DNA of 64,000 nt from Vicugna vicugna (taxonomy: Eukaryota). Within the stretch, counting starts at the first letter, position 1. Each line of letters starts with the position of its first letter. This document shows positions 40,000 to 53,730 of this stretch, piece after piece. The stretch lies in contig MU057635.1 of assembly GCA_013265495.1 (NCBI GenBank), positions 1 to 64,000 on the forward strand. The letters run 5' to 3'. The notes beneath the pieces are model-generated. The model saw only the letters and a program-made list of their open reading frames with translations, had not been told where the DNA came from and searched no databases. Position numbers and translations under genes: made by a program.

Positions 40000-40575
40000 A
40001 TCACACTCATTAATTCATTCAACAAATGTTTAGTGAATGTGTTTTATGTAGCAGAAGCATCCTTGGTATTGATAGAGTAGTCAACAAAGTCAATCTTGTT
40101 TATTTCTTCATGCAGTTTTCAGTCTGGGGTGGGGGAAAACAGCTATTACAAAGTGATATGAAAAAAATAAAGTCCAAGGCCTATTTATCAGCTTTCTTTA
40201 TTATTCCTTTTGTAAACCAAACAGGGTCTTGCCTCAGGGCCTTTGTATTCACTGTAATTATACATGTAAGGCTCTTCCACAGACATTCATGTGATGCTCA
40301 CCCTACTCAGGCCTTGCTCAAGTATCATTTCCACAGTGAGCTCATCTCTGACACAACCAGTCCCTATTCTCTTGCCTGCTTTAACTTCTTTAAAGCACCA
40401 CTCACATCCATGTCACACACACACACACACATAAATGCCTATGCACACATAAACACAAATTAAGTACAATGATGTCTTCCTCATTTGAATACAGGTTTCA
40501 TGAAATGAGAAACTTTGTTTTCTCACCTGTATATCTTCAGTTTGTATTACATGCTGATTTTTCCACTAATAGTTT
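40000..40575. mobile_element. Two L2 3' fragments in opposite orientations
   Basis: attcattcaacaaatgtttagtgaatg (minus-strand tail) and tcttgcctcagggcctttgta...gtttgttg (plus strand). Confidence 0.55.
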
Positions 40576-40609
40576 GTTGTTGTTGTTGTTGTTGAGTGGA
40601 GTGGGGATT

Positions 40610-41450
40610 TGTCTGGATCAAGGTGGCAGAGTAGGAAGATGCTGAGCTCACACCCTTCCACAGACACACCAAAACTACAACCACAGCAAAACACCTGTCT
40701 CTGAGAACGACCCGAAGACCAACAGAGCAGACTGCCTACAACTAAGGATATGGAGAAAAGGCTACATGGAGATGGGTGGAAATGGCAGAGTCATGGTCTG
40801 GTCAGAACCCACACTCTGGTGTGGAGACCCAGAAGCAGGAGTGACATCACAACCTCAAAGGTCCAGTCTGAGGGGTGAGGGGTCTGGGACTTACATCTGG
40901 CTCCCCAGCATGGGGGCCCTACACTAGGAAGATGAGCCACCATAACATCTGTCTTTGAAAACCAGCAGGGCTGAGGTCTGGGAGAGCCAGAGAGCTGTGG
41001 GAAACTGAAATTTCATTCTTGAAGGGCTTGCAACAAACTCACTACTAAGTCCCAGTACAGAGGCAGCAGCTTGAAAAGTGTCGGAGACACATGAGAAGAA
41101 GATCCATTGATTAATTTTACAATATGTGCCAGAGGGGCAGGGATCTAGTGAAACTTTCCCTAGTAATGAAAGTGCTAGTTGGCACCTATATTTTTTTCTC
41201 CACCTACCTGGCTCAGTGCTGGCAGGACTGTTTCTGTCACTCTCCATCAACCTAACCAACAACACACACCCTTCCCCAGCATTCTCCTGAGGACCAGCTC
41301 ACTCAAGCCCCCTACCATGGACAGGTTCTCTAATCCAGCTTCTGTTCCACCCCAGCTTGCAGGCAGCCCCATCCAGTACTAGCACCCTTCTTGGCTCCCA
41401 TCCTGTCTCACCCACAGGTAACCCCACCCAGCACTGGCTCCCACCCAAAG
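40610..41450 (+). mobile_element. L1 5'UTR fragment
   Basis: Starts ggatcaaggtggcagagtaggaagatgctgagctcac; contains cataacatctgtctttgaaaaccagcaggg and gggaaactgaaatttcattcttgaaggg; GC-richer, with no ORF1. Confidence 0.7.
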
Positions 41451-42369
41451 ATCAGCAATAGAAATTGGAATACTAAGGGTTTTCTCTAACTGCACTAAGT
41501 AGCTTAAGCGGAGGACATGGAGAAGTTAACGATTAAGTTTAACTGGTTGGGATTCAGATACATACATGAAGAAAATGTAGAACCATGGAATGGAAAGAGA
41601 TTGAGAATGAGTCATTATATAATGGACCATGGAATCTCAGTTGGGCAATCAATGAAATGTGGATATAGGAATAATGACAAAATATCACCTTTTTCTTTTT
41701 TAGATTGGTGAATAAGAAACATTTAAAGGATAGATATTATACTGGAAGAGTTAGAATAAAAGGGAGCAGGGAGGAAGGTGCCAGCCATGATAGTTTTGAA
41801 TATCTTTGAGAGAAACCATGGTTAGTAGTTGACAGAGGAAGCTGTAGGGAGACCAGAAAACTGTTCTGGGTGGATAGGATGAGTTATCTCTTCCTTTGTA
41901 TTCTCTCAGAAGTTTTTCAGGGATGAGGTGGTCTTACCTGGAGCATGTGGCGCACTAGTGTTCTCTGCTCTTGTCTTCTGTAGATAGTGGGGTGAACAGA
42001 AATAGGAAATAGACATTTACCTGATTCCAAATCATTATTTAGTCCTTCTTCAGTATGCCATACTATCAAAGAAGTCTTTTTTTTTCCCATTGCTGTAAGA
42101 TTGACAGCCCCCAGCTTTATAATAATAAGCTATAGATAGATAAGTTAATTTGATAAATGTTTATTGAAAACTATCTAAACTTTGACAAGGCTAGACATAA
42201 AATTTTAAAGTACTTTAACTTTGAGATCACTACCCTCAAAATATTCCAATTCACAAAGTCAGTAAAATATTCCCCTGCTATTGGTGTGGTATCCATGTTA
42301 CTATAAGACCCAGTAACACTCTTTCTTGTGTATTGTTTGGTACTCCTGACATTCATGTGAGGGGAATAG

Positions 42370-42820
42370 TGTCACTATTTATAATGGATGCTGAGATACA
42401 GTGTCCAGATTTGCCTTTCAGGGTTGAAGTATTTATTCCCCCAGCTTCTAAGTGTATTGGCAACTGATATCTCACAGCTGAGTTCCACTCGGAGTAATCT
42501 TTGCTGCATGGAATTGTCATGCCCAAGACTGTACCCCCTTCCAGTGGGGGACCCGTATCCAAAACTGGTCATTGTGGCATTACAAATACCTGGCCCCTTT
42601 TTGACAATTTGGAATATATCTAAAGGATCATCTCAACCCCAGAGTTCTATGTGGAATTGGCTAGGTACTCTGTTGTGACTTCATCACAATTCAACTTCTA
42701 CCCAACCCTGATTTTCCTACTCCCTTACACATACTATTCCTGGGAACACTTTCCAATCAACTCCCTGCATGCAAGTATCTGTCTCACAGTCTGTTTGCCC
42801 AGGTCCCAATCAAAGACACC
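42370..42820 (+). mobile_element. Ancient ERVL LTR (LTR16-like)
   Basis: 3' end ttcctgggaacactttccaatcaactccctgcatgcaagtatctgtctcacagtctgtttgcccaggtcccaatcaaagaca resembles LTR16 as recalled. Confidence 0.65.
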
Positions 42821-43112
42821 AATATTTGTAAATAACAAAACTGAGAGTGAAAAAAGCCAAATATTGGCATTGAGACTTAGGCCCAGGTCAGCCAATTCCA
42901 AGTATTGATACTTTACCAGACACCGTGCCCCCCACTATGTTGATTCATCCTATAAGCCCATGAATACACATTTAAGACACCAAGAGATTAAGAAGCATAC
43001 CTCACTTTAAACAATCTACCTTAACACAGAAAAACAGCTTAAGCAATCTGACGATACAATTAATATGAAAACATATTTTCTTCTACGTAACAAGGTGATG
43101 TGTAATATGGCT

Positions 43113-44066
43113 TTACAGTATCTGTTTCTGTAAGATCTTCTGAAGGGCCCCTTTCACATCCTTATTTTTCAAACTGTAGATTAGAGGATTTAGCATAGGG
43201 ATCACTACTGTATAAAAGACAGAGACAATCTTGTCCTGCTCCATTGAGTAGCTAGATGTAGGGCGCAAGTACATGAAGAGAATTGTCCCAAAGAATATGG
43301 TGACAGCCATGAGGTGAGAGGCACAGGTGGAGAAGGCTTTCTGCCTACCCTCTAATGAGGGCATCCTCAAGATGGCAATGAGGATACACAGGTAGGAAAC
43401 AAGGACAATCACAACACAACTGATGACATTAAAACTGGAGAAAGCCATGGTCACGATGCCATTGATGTGGGTGTCAGAGCAAGAGAGTTTGAGCAGGGGT
43501 GGAGAGTCACAGTAGAAGTGGTTGATCTTACTGGAGCCACAAAAGGATAATCTAAAAGTTATTCCCGTGTGTATGGCTGCATTCCCAAAGCCTGCTAGGA
43601 ATGAGGTAGTCACTAGCAAGGAGCAGATTCTCCCAGACATGAGAACTGGATACAGCAGAGGGTTCCAAATGGCTGCATAGCGGTCATATGCCATCATGGC
43701 TAACAGGAAGCATTCAGTCCCCAAGAAGGAGCCAAAGAAGTAAAACTGGGCAGCACATCCATTAAAAGAAATAGTCTTATTTTCAGACATGAGGTTCACA
43801 AGCATCTTAGGAGTAACAGAAGAAGAGTAAGAGGCATCAACAAAGGAGAGGCTGCTGAGAAAGAAGTACATGGGGGTGTGGAGACAGGGATCAATCTTAA
43901 TTAGCACAATCATCCCCAAATTACCCACCATGGTTGCCGTGTAGATGAACAGAAACAATCCAAAGAGGACAACTTGTAGATCTGGATTGTCTGAGAGTCC
44001 TAAGAGGATAAATTCTGTCACTTCTGTTTGATTCTCACCTTGGATCTCTTTCATATGCCTGATCAT
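43113..44066 (-). CDS. OR5AP2: Olfactory receptor 5AP2-like, intact
   Basis: Uninterrupted ORF with N-glycosylation site [45 protein letters not shown] and [16 protein letters not shown]. Start placed at ATG 44066 (alternatively 44054) because a polypyrimidine+CAG acceptor lies at 44072-44090, making ATG 44120 probably intronic. Confidence 0.93.
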   Translation of the reverse strand: MIRHMKEIQGENQTEVTEFILLGLSDNPDLQVVLFGLFLFIYTATMVGNLGMIVLIKIDPCLHTPMYFFLSSLSFVDASYSSSVTPKMLVNLMSENKTISFNGCAAQFYFFGSFLGTECFLLAMMAYDRYAAIWNPLLYPVLMSGRICSLLVTTSFLAGFGNAAIHTGITFRLSFCGSSKINHFYCDSPPLLKLSCSDTHINGIVTMAFSSFNVISCVVIVLVSYLCILIAILRMPSLEGRQKAFSTCASHLMAVTIFFGTILFMYLRPTSSYSMEQDKIVSVFYTVVIPMLNPLIYSLKNKDVKGALQKILQKQIL

Positions 44067-44562
44067 CTGAGCTGCAGTAAGAGAGAAGATGGAACATGGC
44101 ATTTGGTCAGATGGATACATGACAGAGCTATAAACATCATTTTACTGGTATGTACACATGCAAATTCTAACAGAAGAGAGCAAAGTGAAAAACTTACTAT
44201 GAAGTGTGTTGGACTTGATGCCAAGTCAAAAGACATGAAAAGACAGTTGAGTTCTAGGTTTGTTGCACACTAAGAAATGACCTTGACATGAGTGACTTAA
44301 TATCCATTAACCAAGGTCACTTCTGGCATTAACTATTTATTGGGTAATTGCAGGAACTTATCCTTTAGATGCATCATTATTTATGATAAATAAATTAAGT
44401 GATATATTAATATACCATTTAGACACAACTTCTAGAAAAAAAAAGATCAAAATGTATTCAGGCCACTGATTATTCCTCCACACTACTAATGGAATGTATA
44501 CAAAATATTGAAAGTTAGTAAAATTAATAAACATCACTAAACAATAATAAGTCACTAAACTA

Positions 44563-44618
<56 letters not shown>
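44563..44618 (+). repeat. (AAT)n microsatellite
   Basis: Directly visible perfect array. Confidence 0.95.
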
Positions 44619-44619
<1 letters not shown>

Positions 44620-44657
44620 GATATTTGAACTTCCTGGGCCTGGGAGAAATTGAAATT

Positions 44658-44743
44658 NNNNNNNNNNNNNNNNNNNNNNNNNNNNNNNNNNNNNNNNNNN
44701 NNNNNNNNNNNNNNNNNNNNNNNNNNNNNNNNNNNNNNNNNNN
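44658..44743. other. Assembly gap
   Basis: Run of N. Confidence 1.
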
Positions 44744-45723
44744 AAAAAAAAAAAGTTAAATAAATATTGAGCATTTTGGATAGTTGCCTTCAATATCTAG
44801 AGAATCAAGTTGTAAGAATGAGTAGACATCCCACATGAAAGTAATAGATCAGATACAGCAATGAAAACTCCTACGTAACACCCAGATTCACAGAATCACC
44901 ACAGAACCAGAACACATCACCACCAGCATGTGGAATATTCCACTGTATTCATTCTGGGGAATAATTTTACACTAGGTTGTCTAACTGGAACTAAAATTCA
45001 CCCCTTGCAGAGTGTAATGAAGTGAAATCATGGACTAAAGAAAAAAGAAAGATACAAGGAAAAAGATGAAAGAATGAAAGAAAGAAAGGATGGAGGGAGG
45101 AAAGGAGGGAGGAGGGAGAAAAGAAGGAAGGAAGGAAGGAAGGAAGGAAAATCAAAATAGATGTCCAGCTTAGATCTCTCAAGTAAAATTTAGGCAACAG
45201 CTCCAGGGGAGTTCTTCTCCATTTCCAGCCTAACTCCCTACCTCAATGACCTCAAATTATTAAACAGTAGATAAAATGGTGCTAATCTAGCTGCCAAATT
45301 ATAGCTTAAAGTATTAAATCATTTATCATTTACAGCAGGAATTTATTTGATACTGTCTCAAATTTAAATGTGGGATCAAAGTAACCCACTATGTGGGCTA
45401 ACATCGGAGCTAAAGGATCTACTGAGCACAGTTGGGGAGAAGGCTCACAGACACTGCCACACACAGAAGTGCCTATCCGCACTCTGCTCCACCTGCTTCC
45501 CCCTTGGGTAGGGGCTAAGTGCCCTCACCAGCAACAGAACCTGGCATGTTTGTACAGTGTTACAGTACTTTTCAAAGTGTCATTGCACTCATTATCTAAT
45601 CTAGGCCTCACCACAGACCAGTGAGGGGGATACACATGGGTCCAGGAGTGTTAATAAGATGACCTTCTGTTAGGGGAGGTCAATGAAGTAGAGGAGCGAA
45701 TCAGCGGTGAACCCTGGGTGTCT

Positions 45724-45866
45724 ATTATTTTTAACATTTTTTATTGATTTATAATCATTTTACAATGTTGTGTCAAATTCCAGTGTTCAGCACAATTTTT
45801 CAGTCATACATGGACATATACACACTCATTGTCACATTTTTTTCTCTGTGAGCTACCATAACATTT
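45724..45866 (-). mobile_element. Very short young L1 3' end with 16-bp TSD
   Basis: Reverse complement is nearly identical to 2880-3015; TSD TGAACCCTGGGTGTCT at 45708-45723 and 45867-45882. Confidence 0.92.
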
Positions 45867-47789
45867 TGAACCCTGGGTGTCTTGATGCCACATTATTTGT
45901 TCCCCAACACTACCTTGTCTCCCTTCAGATTTCCCTGGACAGAGGTGCAGCCTAGTCCTCTTCCTTGGAAAACGCTTGCTGTTTGAATTTCAAAGAAGAG
46001 CAGAAAGAATTAGAAAAAAGAAATAGATCTTTTCCTCTCATCTTCAACCAGAAAATTTCCCTCTGAGTACCTTTCTCTCAGAAATAGTAAAAAGAATAAA
46101 ATGCCCCAGACATTGCGTGTGTGCTAGACACACAAAGAAAGGCGAAGATGGGTAACAATAACAAGTACTGAACTGTGCTGAGCATTTCCCATGTTCCATA
46201 ATCACCATGTTAAGTATTCTTCCTGCACTGTTTTATTTAAATCCTATGAGATAAGCAGTGTTGTAGTCCTCTTTGTGCACATGGGAGATGGGAGGCACAA
46301 AAGATTGGTGACCTTTGCCCAAAGTCCCAGAGATCACCTACAGATGTATAGCCAGCCAATGCAACACTTGAGGTGATTTGTAAGGACCCCATCAGTGATG
46401 GATGTGAGCACTAATGCACAGAGCAATGGATATTGTAATTCTCAGAACCTTATTGATGCACTAGAACACACTTAGTTACACTGGGAGAAATCCATACACC
46501 TCCTGAAGAGAAAATACAGTTACAGTGGTTGAAAACTGTCTTTCTCAGAACTCACATTCATTAGATAGTATTTTTAGCAAAACACCACTTGTTTTACATC
46601 TAGTGCTGTGGATTACATGCTTTCATCTTTCCTCTATGCTAGCAAATGCATTTCCTGTTTTCTCTGAAACATTCCCCTTCCCCAGCCTGAGACTTTGCAG
46701 TCAAGCCTCTAGTCCAGAGATCCTTCAACTGGGTTGTCAATTTCTAGGAGTTTGTGAAAATATTAGTGAGATTTCCTGAGAATTGCTGGTGTTGAAAAGG
46801 TCTTGAAATCATATTATTTATTGATCCTTATAATCTTCCTAATGACAAATAAAATTTAATTAATAAAAATGGACAGAATATTTAACATACTTTCTTAGCC
46901 ATTCGGTATTCTTGGAACTTTGGGTCTATGGGTAGATTGCAGAAATTAACAGGATATTAAATTTTTCCTCAGGTCAGTAAATTACATGGACAGAACTTTT
47001 TATATCATCTTCTTACCTTTGATCCTTTTGCTTGTTCTTGTCTAAGGCTTAAATTCATCAAAAAAAAAAGCAGAAAAAGAAAAACAAATGTTTTTCTTAG
47101 AGGAGACAGTCACTCTAATTCTCCCAGGTTAAGCAACAGGCAGAGTTGGAATGGACTTTAGACATCATTTGTTACAGAGGTAAGAAAACTGAAATGCTTT
47201 ATACCTTCCCTGTCATAAGAGAGTTGCACCTGCATTCAGCAGAGATTGAGTTTTTTCTCCTTCATTTTTCCTTAAACTTTCCCAATCTGTTATGTCATGG
47301 TGAACACAATTCAAAACACAGAAAACATTGCTGCGGTACAGCTGTGATATTGTTTGTGGTTATTTCCGGTTGCAGAGGCTCTGGACCAGTGTCTGGAGTG
47401 GGCATCCTGACTTATTTTAAGTAGGAGGCACTTCTTGTTCTTTGGTCTCTGTGGACTTCATCCCTCACGTCACCTCATTTTGATCTACTTGTTTTTGTTT
47501 CCCTCTGAATCTAAGGAAAACACATGTCTTTCCATATTTCTCTCCTTTACCCTCAGGACACCTGGGCCCAGTGGAAAAATGAATTTTCAGTCCCATATTC
47601 CAAACAATTATTTAATGTTCGTTTTCTGTCTCTTCTAATAGTTGGTGGCCTGGTCCCCTTAGATGCATTGAAAGAATCAAAAGCAGAGCAGGTTTGCTCA
47701 GCCTTTGGTCTTGCCTTCTCTAAGGACTTCGAGTACAGATGAGAAGTTATGCTGCCTGAATCACAGTGAGGGGCAAACTGGAGGGGATG

Positions 47790-47970
47790 CAGGGATGTAG
47801 CAAGGACAAGGACAGACTTGGTCTTCAGTCCTGGCTCCGTGCCTCTCTGGTTGTGTGTCTTTAGATAGCGCACTAAATCTCTTTGTGCCTTAGGTTCTTC
47901 ATTTCTGTGTGAGAGTACTGACACCTGCTTCACAGGGTGACTCCGTAGGTAAATCAAAGAACATGCATCA
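47790..47970 (+). mobile_element. MIR fragment
   Basis: agtcctggctccgtgcctct..tgtgtcttt..ctaaatctctttgtgccttaggttcttcatttctgt. Confidence 0.6.
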
Positions 47971-49426
47971 TTGCATCAAATGAGTATAGATAGATGATTA
48001 ATAAATAAGACTTCCCTCCACCCTGAGTCTCCTCCATACTGTCCAGAGTAAGGAAGAGTCATCAGCCAATGAAGTCTAGATGGAGACTTACAAGCTTTCC
48101 TGTTGCCTAAATACATCTTCCATTCAAGAGGTACAGGGTCTGAGACAAATTGATCATCATCTGATGAGCATTTGTATTATCTGTGCCACTTTGAGAAGAC
48201 ACTCTGATTTGTCTCTCAGTACAGTGTAATAAGTTTGCACTAAATTCTGGGGGACACAAAAGCTTGATTTGTCTCTAGCAATTCAGACAAAATTCACATT
48301 ATTTTAATGCTTAACCACTTGCTTTTTAAAATTTTTAAAATTTTTTTTTGTATTTTGGAGGGAAAATACATTAGGCTCTTCTGAACACAGAGTATGAAAC
48401 ATGATTGGCAAATAGTGAATTTTATTTAATAAGCAAATAAATATCCTTCCTCAATTAAGAGTGAATTAGTTGTTACATAGGAACAAACTGATATTATTCT
48501 TATTATAGCCATGAGACCCCTGTAAAAAAGGAAACAAATTGAGGTGGGCCCTGATTTACTGGTGCAAAGTATGTAAGGATGCTTATAATTAAAGCAGTGT
48601 ATTACTGATAAATCAATTTTACAGAATTGGTGAAAGGACAAGGAACAGAATAGAAAAATACAGATATAGACCCAATAAAATGAAATGAAAACCCAATATA
48701 TGATAATAGCATCTCAAAACTGTGGGGAAAGGAAACTTTTTAACAACAATTGCTGATAGCCTTATAGAAAAAGAGAAAACTTGATATTTTCTACTTATTA
48801 GACCCTGTAAAATTTCAATGAGTTATGATTTTAAAAATTTAAAAACATTAAATAGCACAAGAACTAGGAGAAAACATGGTGCAGTCCTTTGTAAACAGAA
48901 GCATAATTTAACAATACATAACAGTTATTTTTCATTTTATCTTGTCAAATACACCGATTTTTAAATTTAATTGCATCTGAATACAGTATAAATAGGACTC
49001 AAAATCTAGAAATAGTAAAATTGAAAATGATAAATTTGACAAAAATAAAGGGAAGGAAGGTAAAGAAAGGAGTGAGGGAAGAAGAGAGGGAAGGAAGGAG
49101 GAAAGGAGAGGAAGAATGAGAAAGGAAGGGAGGGAGGAAGGAAGAAAGGAAAAAAGAAAATTATTTCATGGTAAGAAATTTCTTAGCAAAATCAAAAGAC
49201 AAATGATAAACTGTGGAAAACTCACGCCTTATATACTAGACAAACAGAACATGTCTCCAATATATAAAGAATATCTAAAAACTAATAAATAAAAGAATCT
49301 GTGAATAAATCAAAATACAGAAGGGATATGCCCTGGGAAAAAATGGATACAAGACATGAATAAACATTTCACAAAAGTAGAAATGCAAATGGCTCTTAAA
49401 TATATGAAAATATGTTCACCCTTTCT

Positions 49427-50115
49427 ATCAGCCAGGATCCAATCAGGAAACAGAAAAACCACACAGTAATTATATCAGGTAAAATTTAACATAAACATTT
49501 ATTACCTGGTAATGGGATTAACTACTATTGAGTGATCAAGAAAAGTCTAAAGTATACAGGAAGAATAGATACAAAGGGCAGCCACTACCTCTGGAGCTGA
49601 GGCAGCACATGAAGATAGGAACAGACTTGGAAGAGGCCCCCATCTCCAAGGCTTCTTTGGACATGGTTGTGCTGGGTATGCCTATGGCTCACTATGTGGC
49701 CAAGACACTCTCTGGCTGGGTCTACTGATCAAGAAATATCTCAGTAGGCTTACACTGAAACTATCAGTGAATGGTTTCCCGCCAACTCTTACTGGAAATC
49801 CACCCCTGTGGTGCTAATGAAACTTGATGGGAAACTACTTGCGGGAGTGCTGGTCAACCTTGATGAATGGTGCACACCACTGAGTATCCCATATGCTGCT
49901 GGCTACCACACATCATCCAGCCACAGGAAAGAACATAACAGTATCAAAAAGAGAGGCTTTTTATCCAGCAGAGTTCCTCCAGCATTCTCTGCTGACTAGC
50001 ATAGTACTGTCCAGCTGGAGAAGGGGAAATGTTCATAGTATGAGGTCCAATATCAACAAAGCAAAGCAGAGATGGATGGTTTTGGAGCTGAGAGACCAAA
50101 AATTTATGCTGGCAT
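49427..50115 (-). mobile_element. Ancient ERVL-class LTR
   Basis: tatcagccaggatccaatcaggaaacagaaaaaccacacagtaat is typical of the reverse complement of an ERVL/MaLR LTR 3' end; it interrupts the L1M. Family not determined. Confidence 0.55.
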
Positions 50116-50177
50116 GATATTATTCCTAATAAGAAAAAAATATTAATATGACTACCCTGAGAGGATACTTTCTAAGA

Positions 50178-51470
50178 TTTTTTAAATTGAAGTATAGTTG
50201 ATTTCAATGTTGTGTTAATTTCTGGTGTATAGCATAGTGATTCAATTATACATATGTAATCCTTTTCATATTCTTTTTCATTATATGCTATTACAATGTA
50301 TTGAGTATACTTTCCTGTACTATAGAGTAGGGCCTTGTTGTTGTTGTTTTTCTATTTTACGTATAGCAGTTAATATCTGCAAATCCCAAACTCCCAATTT
50401 ATCCTTCCCCACCCACTTCCTCCCAATAACCATAAGCTTGTTTACTATGTCTGTGAGTCTGCTTCTGTTTTGTAAATAAGTTCATTTGTCTCACTTTTTA
50501 AATTCCACATATAAATGATATCATTTGGTATTTGTCTTTGTCTGACTTACTTCACTTAGTATGATAATCTCTAGGCTCATCCATGTTGCTGCAAAATGGC
50601 ATTATTTCATTTTTTATGGCTGAGTAATTTTCCACTGTGGAAAAACATTCCATTTTATGGCCAAGTAATATTCCAATATTTCATATCTTCTTTATCCAGT
50701 CATTTGTTAATGGACATTTAGGTTGTTTCCATGTCTTGGCTATTGTAAATAGTGTTGCTATGAAAATTAGGGTGCATGTACCTTTATAAAAATTTGAGTT
50801 TTCTCCAGATATATGCCCAGGATTGCTAGATCATATGGTAAGTCTATTTTTTAGTTTTTAAGGAATCTCTGTACTATTTTCCATAATGGCCACACCAAAT
50901 GACAATCCCACCAACGATGTAGGAGGGTTCCCTTGCTTCCACAGCCCCCCAAGCATTTATCATTTGTGGACTTTTTAATGATGGCCATTCTGACTGATGT
51001 GAGGTGATACTTCATTGTAGTTTTGATTTGCATTTCCATGATAATTAGCAATATGGAGCATTTTTTCATGTGCCTATTGGCCATTTGTATGTCTTAACTG
51101 GTGAAATGTTTATTTAGGTCTTCTGGCCATTTTTGGAATGTTTTTTTTTTCTTGCTCTTGTTGATATTAAGTTGTGTGAGCTGTTTGTATATTCTGGAAA
51201 TTAAGCCCTTGTCAGTTGCATCACTTGCAAATATTTTCTCCCATTCCATAGACTGTCTTTTCCTTTTGTTTATAGTCTCCTTTGCTGTGCAAACATTTAT
51301 AAGCTTGATTAAGTACCATTTCTTTAGTTTTGCTTTTATCTCTATTGCCTTGGTAGGCTGAGGAGAACACTGCTATGATTTATATAAGAGAATGTTTTGC
51401 CTATATTCTCTTCTAGGAGGTTTATGATGTCTTGTCTTATGTTGATGTCTTTAAGTCATGTTGAGTTTAT
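50178..51470 (-). mobile_element. L1 ORF2 3' part and 3'UTR
   Basis: Minus-strand [47 protein letters not shown] (L1 ORF2); 3'UTR and T-rich tail near 50178. Confidence 0.92.
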
Positions 51471-52869
51471 TTATTTTGCCAACTCTTAGATTGGCAAATA
51501 TAGATAGATAGTGAACTAGAGAGAGAATAGATAGATAAATTTAGATGAGAAATAATTACAAACATTTGGCAACAAACTTTATGGAAGAGTGTGGGGAAAT
51601 GGGCACTCTCATACATTGCCAGGGGAAAACTATAATATTACTAAAATTGCACATTAAATTTCCCTTTCACCTAACAACCCCACTTCTAAGAGCCCACTCA
51701 CTTAATGTGCTGGTAAAAGTAGGAAAAAACATATGCATTAGGCTATTTATTGTTGCATTATTTTCTTCCAATAGCAAAAGATCAGAACCAACTCAAATGT
51801 CTGTCAACAGGATGCTTGATAAATAGGCAATGGTACAGCCACACAATTGATTACTACGAAGCTGAAGATACGAGACAATAATATTTATTTTAAATCAAAG
51901 TTTGACTTAAAACAAATTTTATTAGTAAGAAAATATGTAAATACTACTAGAAATTAATTTCTCATCATAAAATGAGATTTGAGAATAAAATTAAAGAAGC
52001 TATATTAGAAAACAAGATTCAACTATATACTGTCTACAAGAGTTCCTTAAGGACACACACAGGCTAAATGTGAAGAAATGGAAAAGTATTACAAAGATTT
52101 TTTATTAGCATTTTGATTTTATTTTTAATGTTTTCTCCTTGGATAAAAATTTATCTCAGGTCAAATAGAATTTCCAAATTAAGTGGCTTTTAAAAAAATT
52201 GTGTAGGCAATAAGACTCTTAAAACCACTAATTTTCCTTTTTCTTTATACAATGGAGAGCTGAAATAAATTTATATGCCATCTCTTGAAATTAAAAAAGA
52301 ATTAAAGAATGTAATCATGTTTTTGGCATTTGAATCTTATCTTTCTTTCATCCTGCTTTCTTTGTTTTGTTTGTGAATATATACCAGGGGTAAAAAAATG
52401 GAAGTGTCTGGAGAGCTGCCCTAGATCTATTCCTGGGTAGGAATCTTTGCCTTATGAGTGGCAGTCTTCTCGCCCTTCTTATCAAAGGAAATGCAGCATG
52501 AGCACTGTACTCAGACAGATGAGTGTTTACATTCTGAAACTATTAATGTAAGTTGTGTGCCCTGGAAAAGTTAAACAATTATTACTTATTCACTTAACCT
52601 ATAAATCAATGAGTCATTCACTTCATCTGAAACCAGAGGCAATAATGTTATCATCAGAAGACTCAGTTGATCACATGTGGAAAGTACCCCACAAAGCCTT
52701 TGGTGAATAAATGTCCTTTAAAAAAATAATAAGTTATTTTCATGGAGCCCCAGTTGTTCCTTTTCCTGCCCACCAAATCAGCCTCTCAAAAAAGATCAGT
52801 CTCACTAGTTTTTTATGTTAAGTTTCAGTCCCTTATGCCAGATTCTCTCCGGTTAAAACAGAATTTAAC

Positions 52870-53396
52870 TTAAATGTCCATCAACAGATGACTGGATGAA
52901 GAAGTTGTGGTATATTTATAAAATGGAATACTGCTCAGCATAAAAAATGATAAAACAATGCCATTTGCAGCAACATGGATGGACCTGGAGATTGTCATTC
53001 TAAATGAAGTAAGCCAGAAAGAGAAAGAAAAATACCATATGATATCACTCATATGTGGAATATAAAAAANNNNNNNNNNNNNNNNNNNNNNNNNNNNNNN
53101 NNNNNNNNNNNNNNNNNNNNNNNNNNNNNNNNNNNNNNNNNNNNNNNNNNNNNNNNNNNNNNNNNNNNNNGGAAGGGATAGGGAGTTTGATATTTACATA
53201 TGTTAGCCACTATATATAAAAATAGATTTTTTAAAAGTTTCTTCTGTATAACACAGGGAACTATGTTCAATATCTTGTAATAAACTTTAATAAAAATATG
53301 AAAATGGATATATGTATGTATATGCATGACTGGGACAATGTGCTGTACACCAGAAATTGACACATCATAATTGACTGTATTTCAAATAAAAAAATA
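52870..53396 (+). mobile_element. L1 3' fragment spanning an assembly gap
   Basis: aaatgtccatcaacagatgactggat..gcaacatggatggacctggag..; 3'UTR and aataaaaaaa near 53386. Confidence 0.88.
53070..53170. other. Assembly gap
   Basis: Run of N. Confidence 1.
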
Positions 53397-53579
53397 GAGT
53401 GGCCATTCCATATAACATGGGAAGTATCATCATCCTCTTTGAAAAGACTTCAGGCATCAGCAACCAGACCTTTCTAAACTGCCATTAAAATCACACCATG
53501 AAGGCAGATTTGGGCTTGTGAAAATAATGCATGCAACACTCATTACTGACTCCACCATCACAACTAGAGAGGGAGAAAA

Positions 53580-53730
53580 GAATTCCCTTGTGTTTCCTTC
53601 TTTTATCATTAATGTTGAAGAAAGTGAGAGTGAAATTCCTTAGGGGATGACAGTTCATTAAATCCTTGAGTCTCCTGTGAGTGTAGAAGTCATTTCATTA
53701 CATTTTCTCAGGGGATGATTTGTGACTCTG
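53580..53730 (+). promoter_or_regulatory. Candidate OR5AR1 promoter or enhancer: clustered homeodomain and O/E sites
   Basis: TCATTA at 53606, 53655 and 53695; O/E-like TCCTTAGGGGA (53637), TCCTTGAG (53663) and TCTCAGGGGA (53706); 4.1 kb upstream of the ATG. Confidence 0.5.

Larger units (their letters stand above)
48600..51870 (+). mobile_element. Ancient L1M fragment split by later LTR and L1 insertions
   Basis: acagaatagaaaaatacagatatagacc (48645), aaacatttcacaaaagtagaaatgcaaatggctcttaaatatatgaaaa (49362), resumes ttagattggcaaa (51486), gaaatgggcactctcatacattg, aaccaactcaaatgtctgtcaacagg. Confidence 0.7.

Noticed and set aside
43655..43690. AAIW instead of the consensus VAIC after MAYDRY in OR5AP2, as a lesion
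   Set aside because: As I recall, human OR5AP2 has the same YAAIWNPL, so it is a subfamily trait.
44067..44120. 18-aa N-terminal extension of OR5AP2
   Set aside because: It spans a polypyrimidine+CAG splice acceptor, so it is probably intronic.
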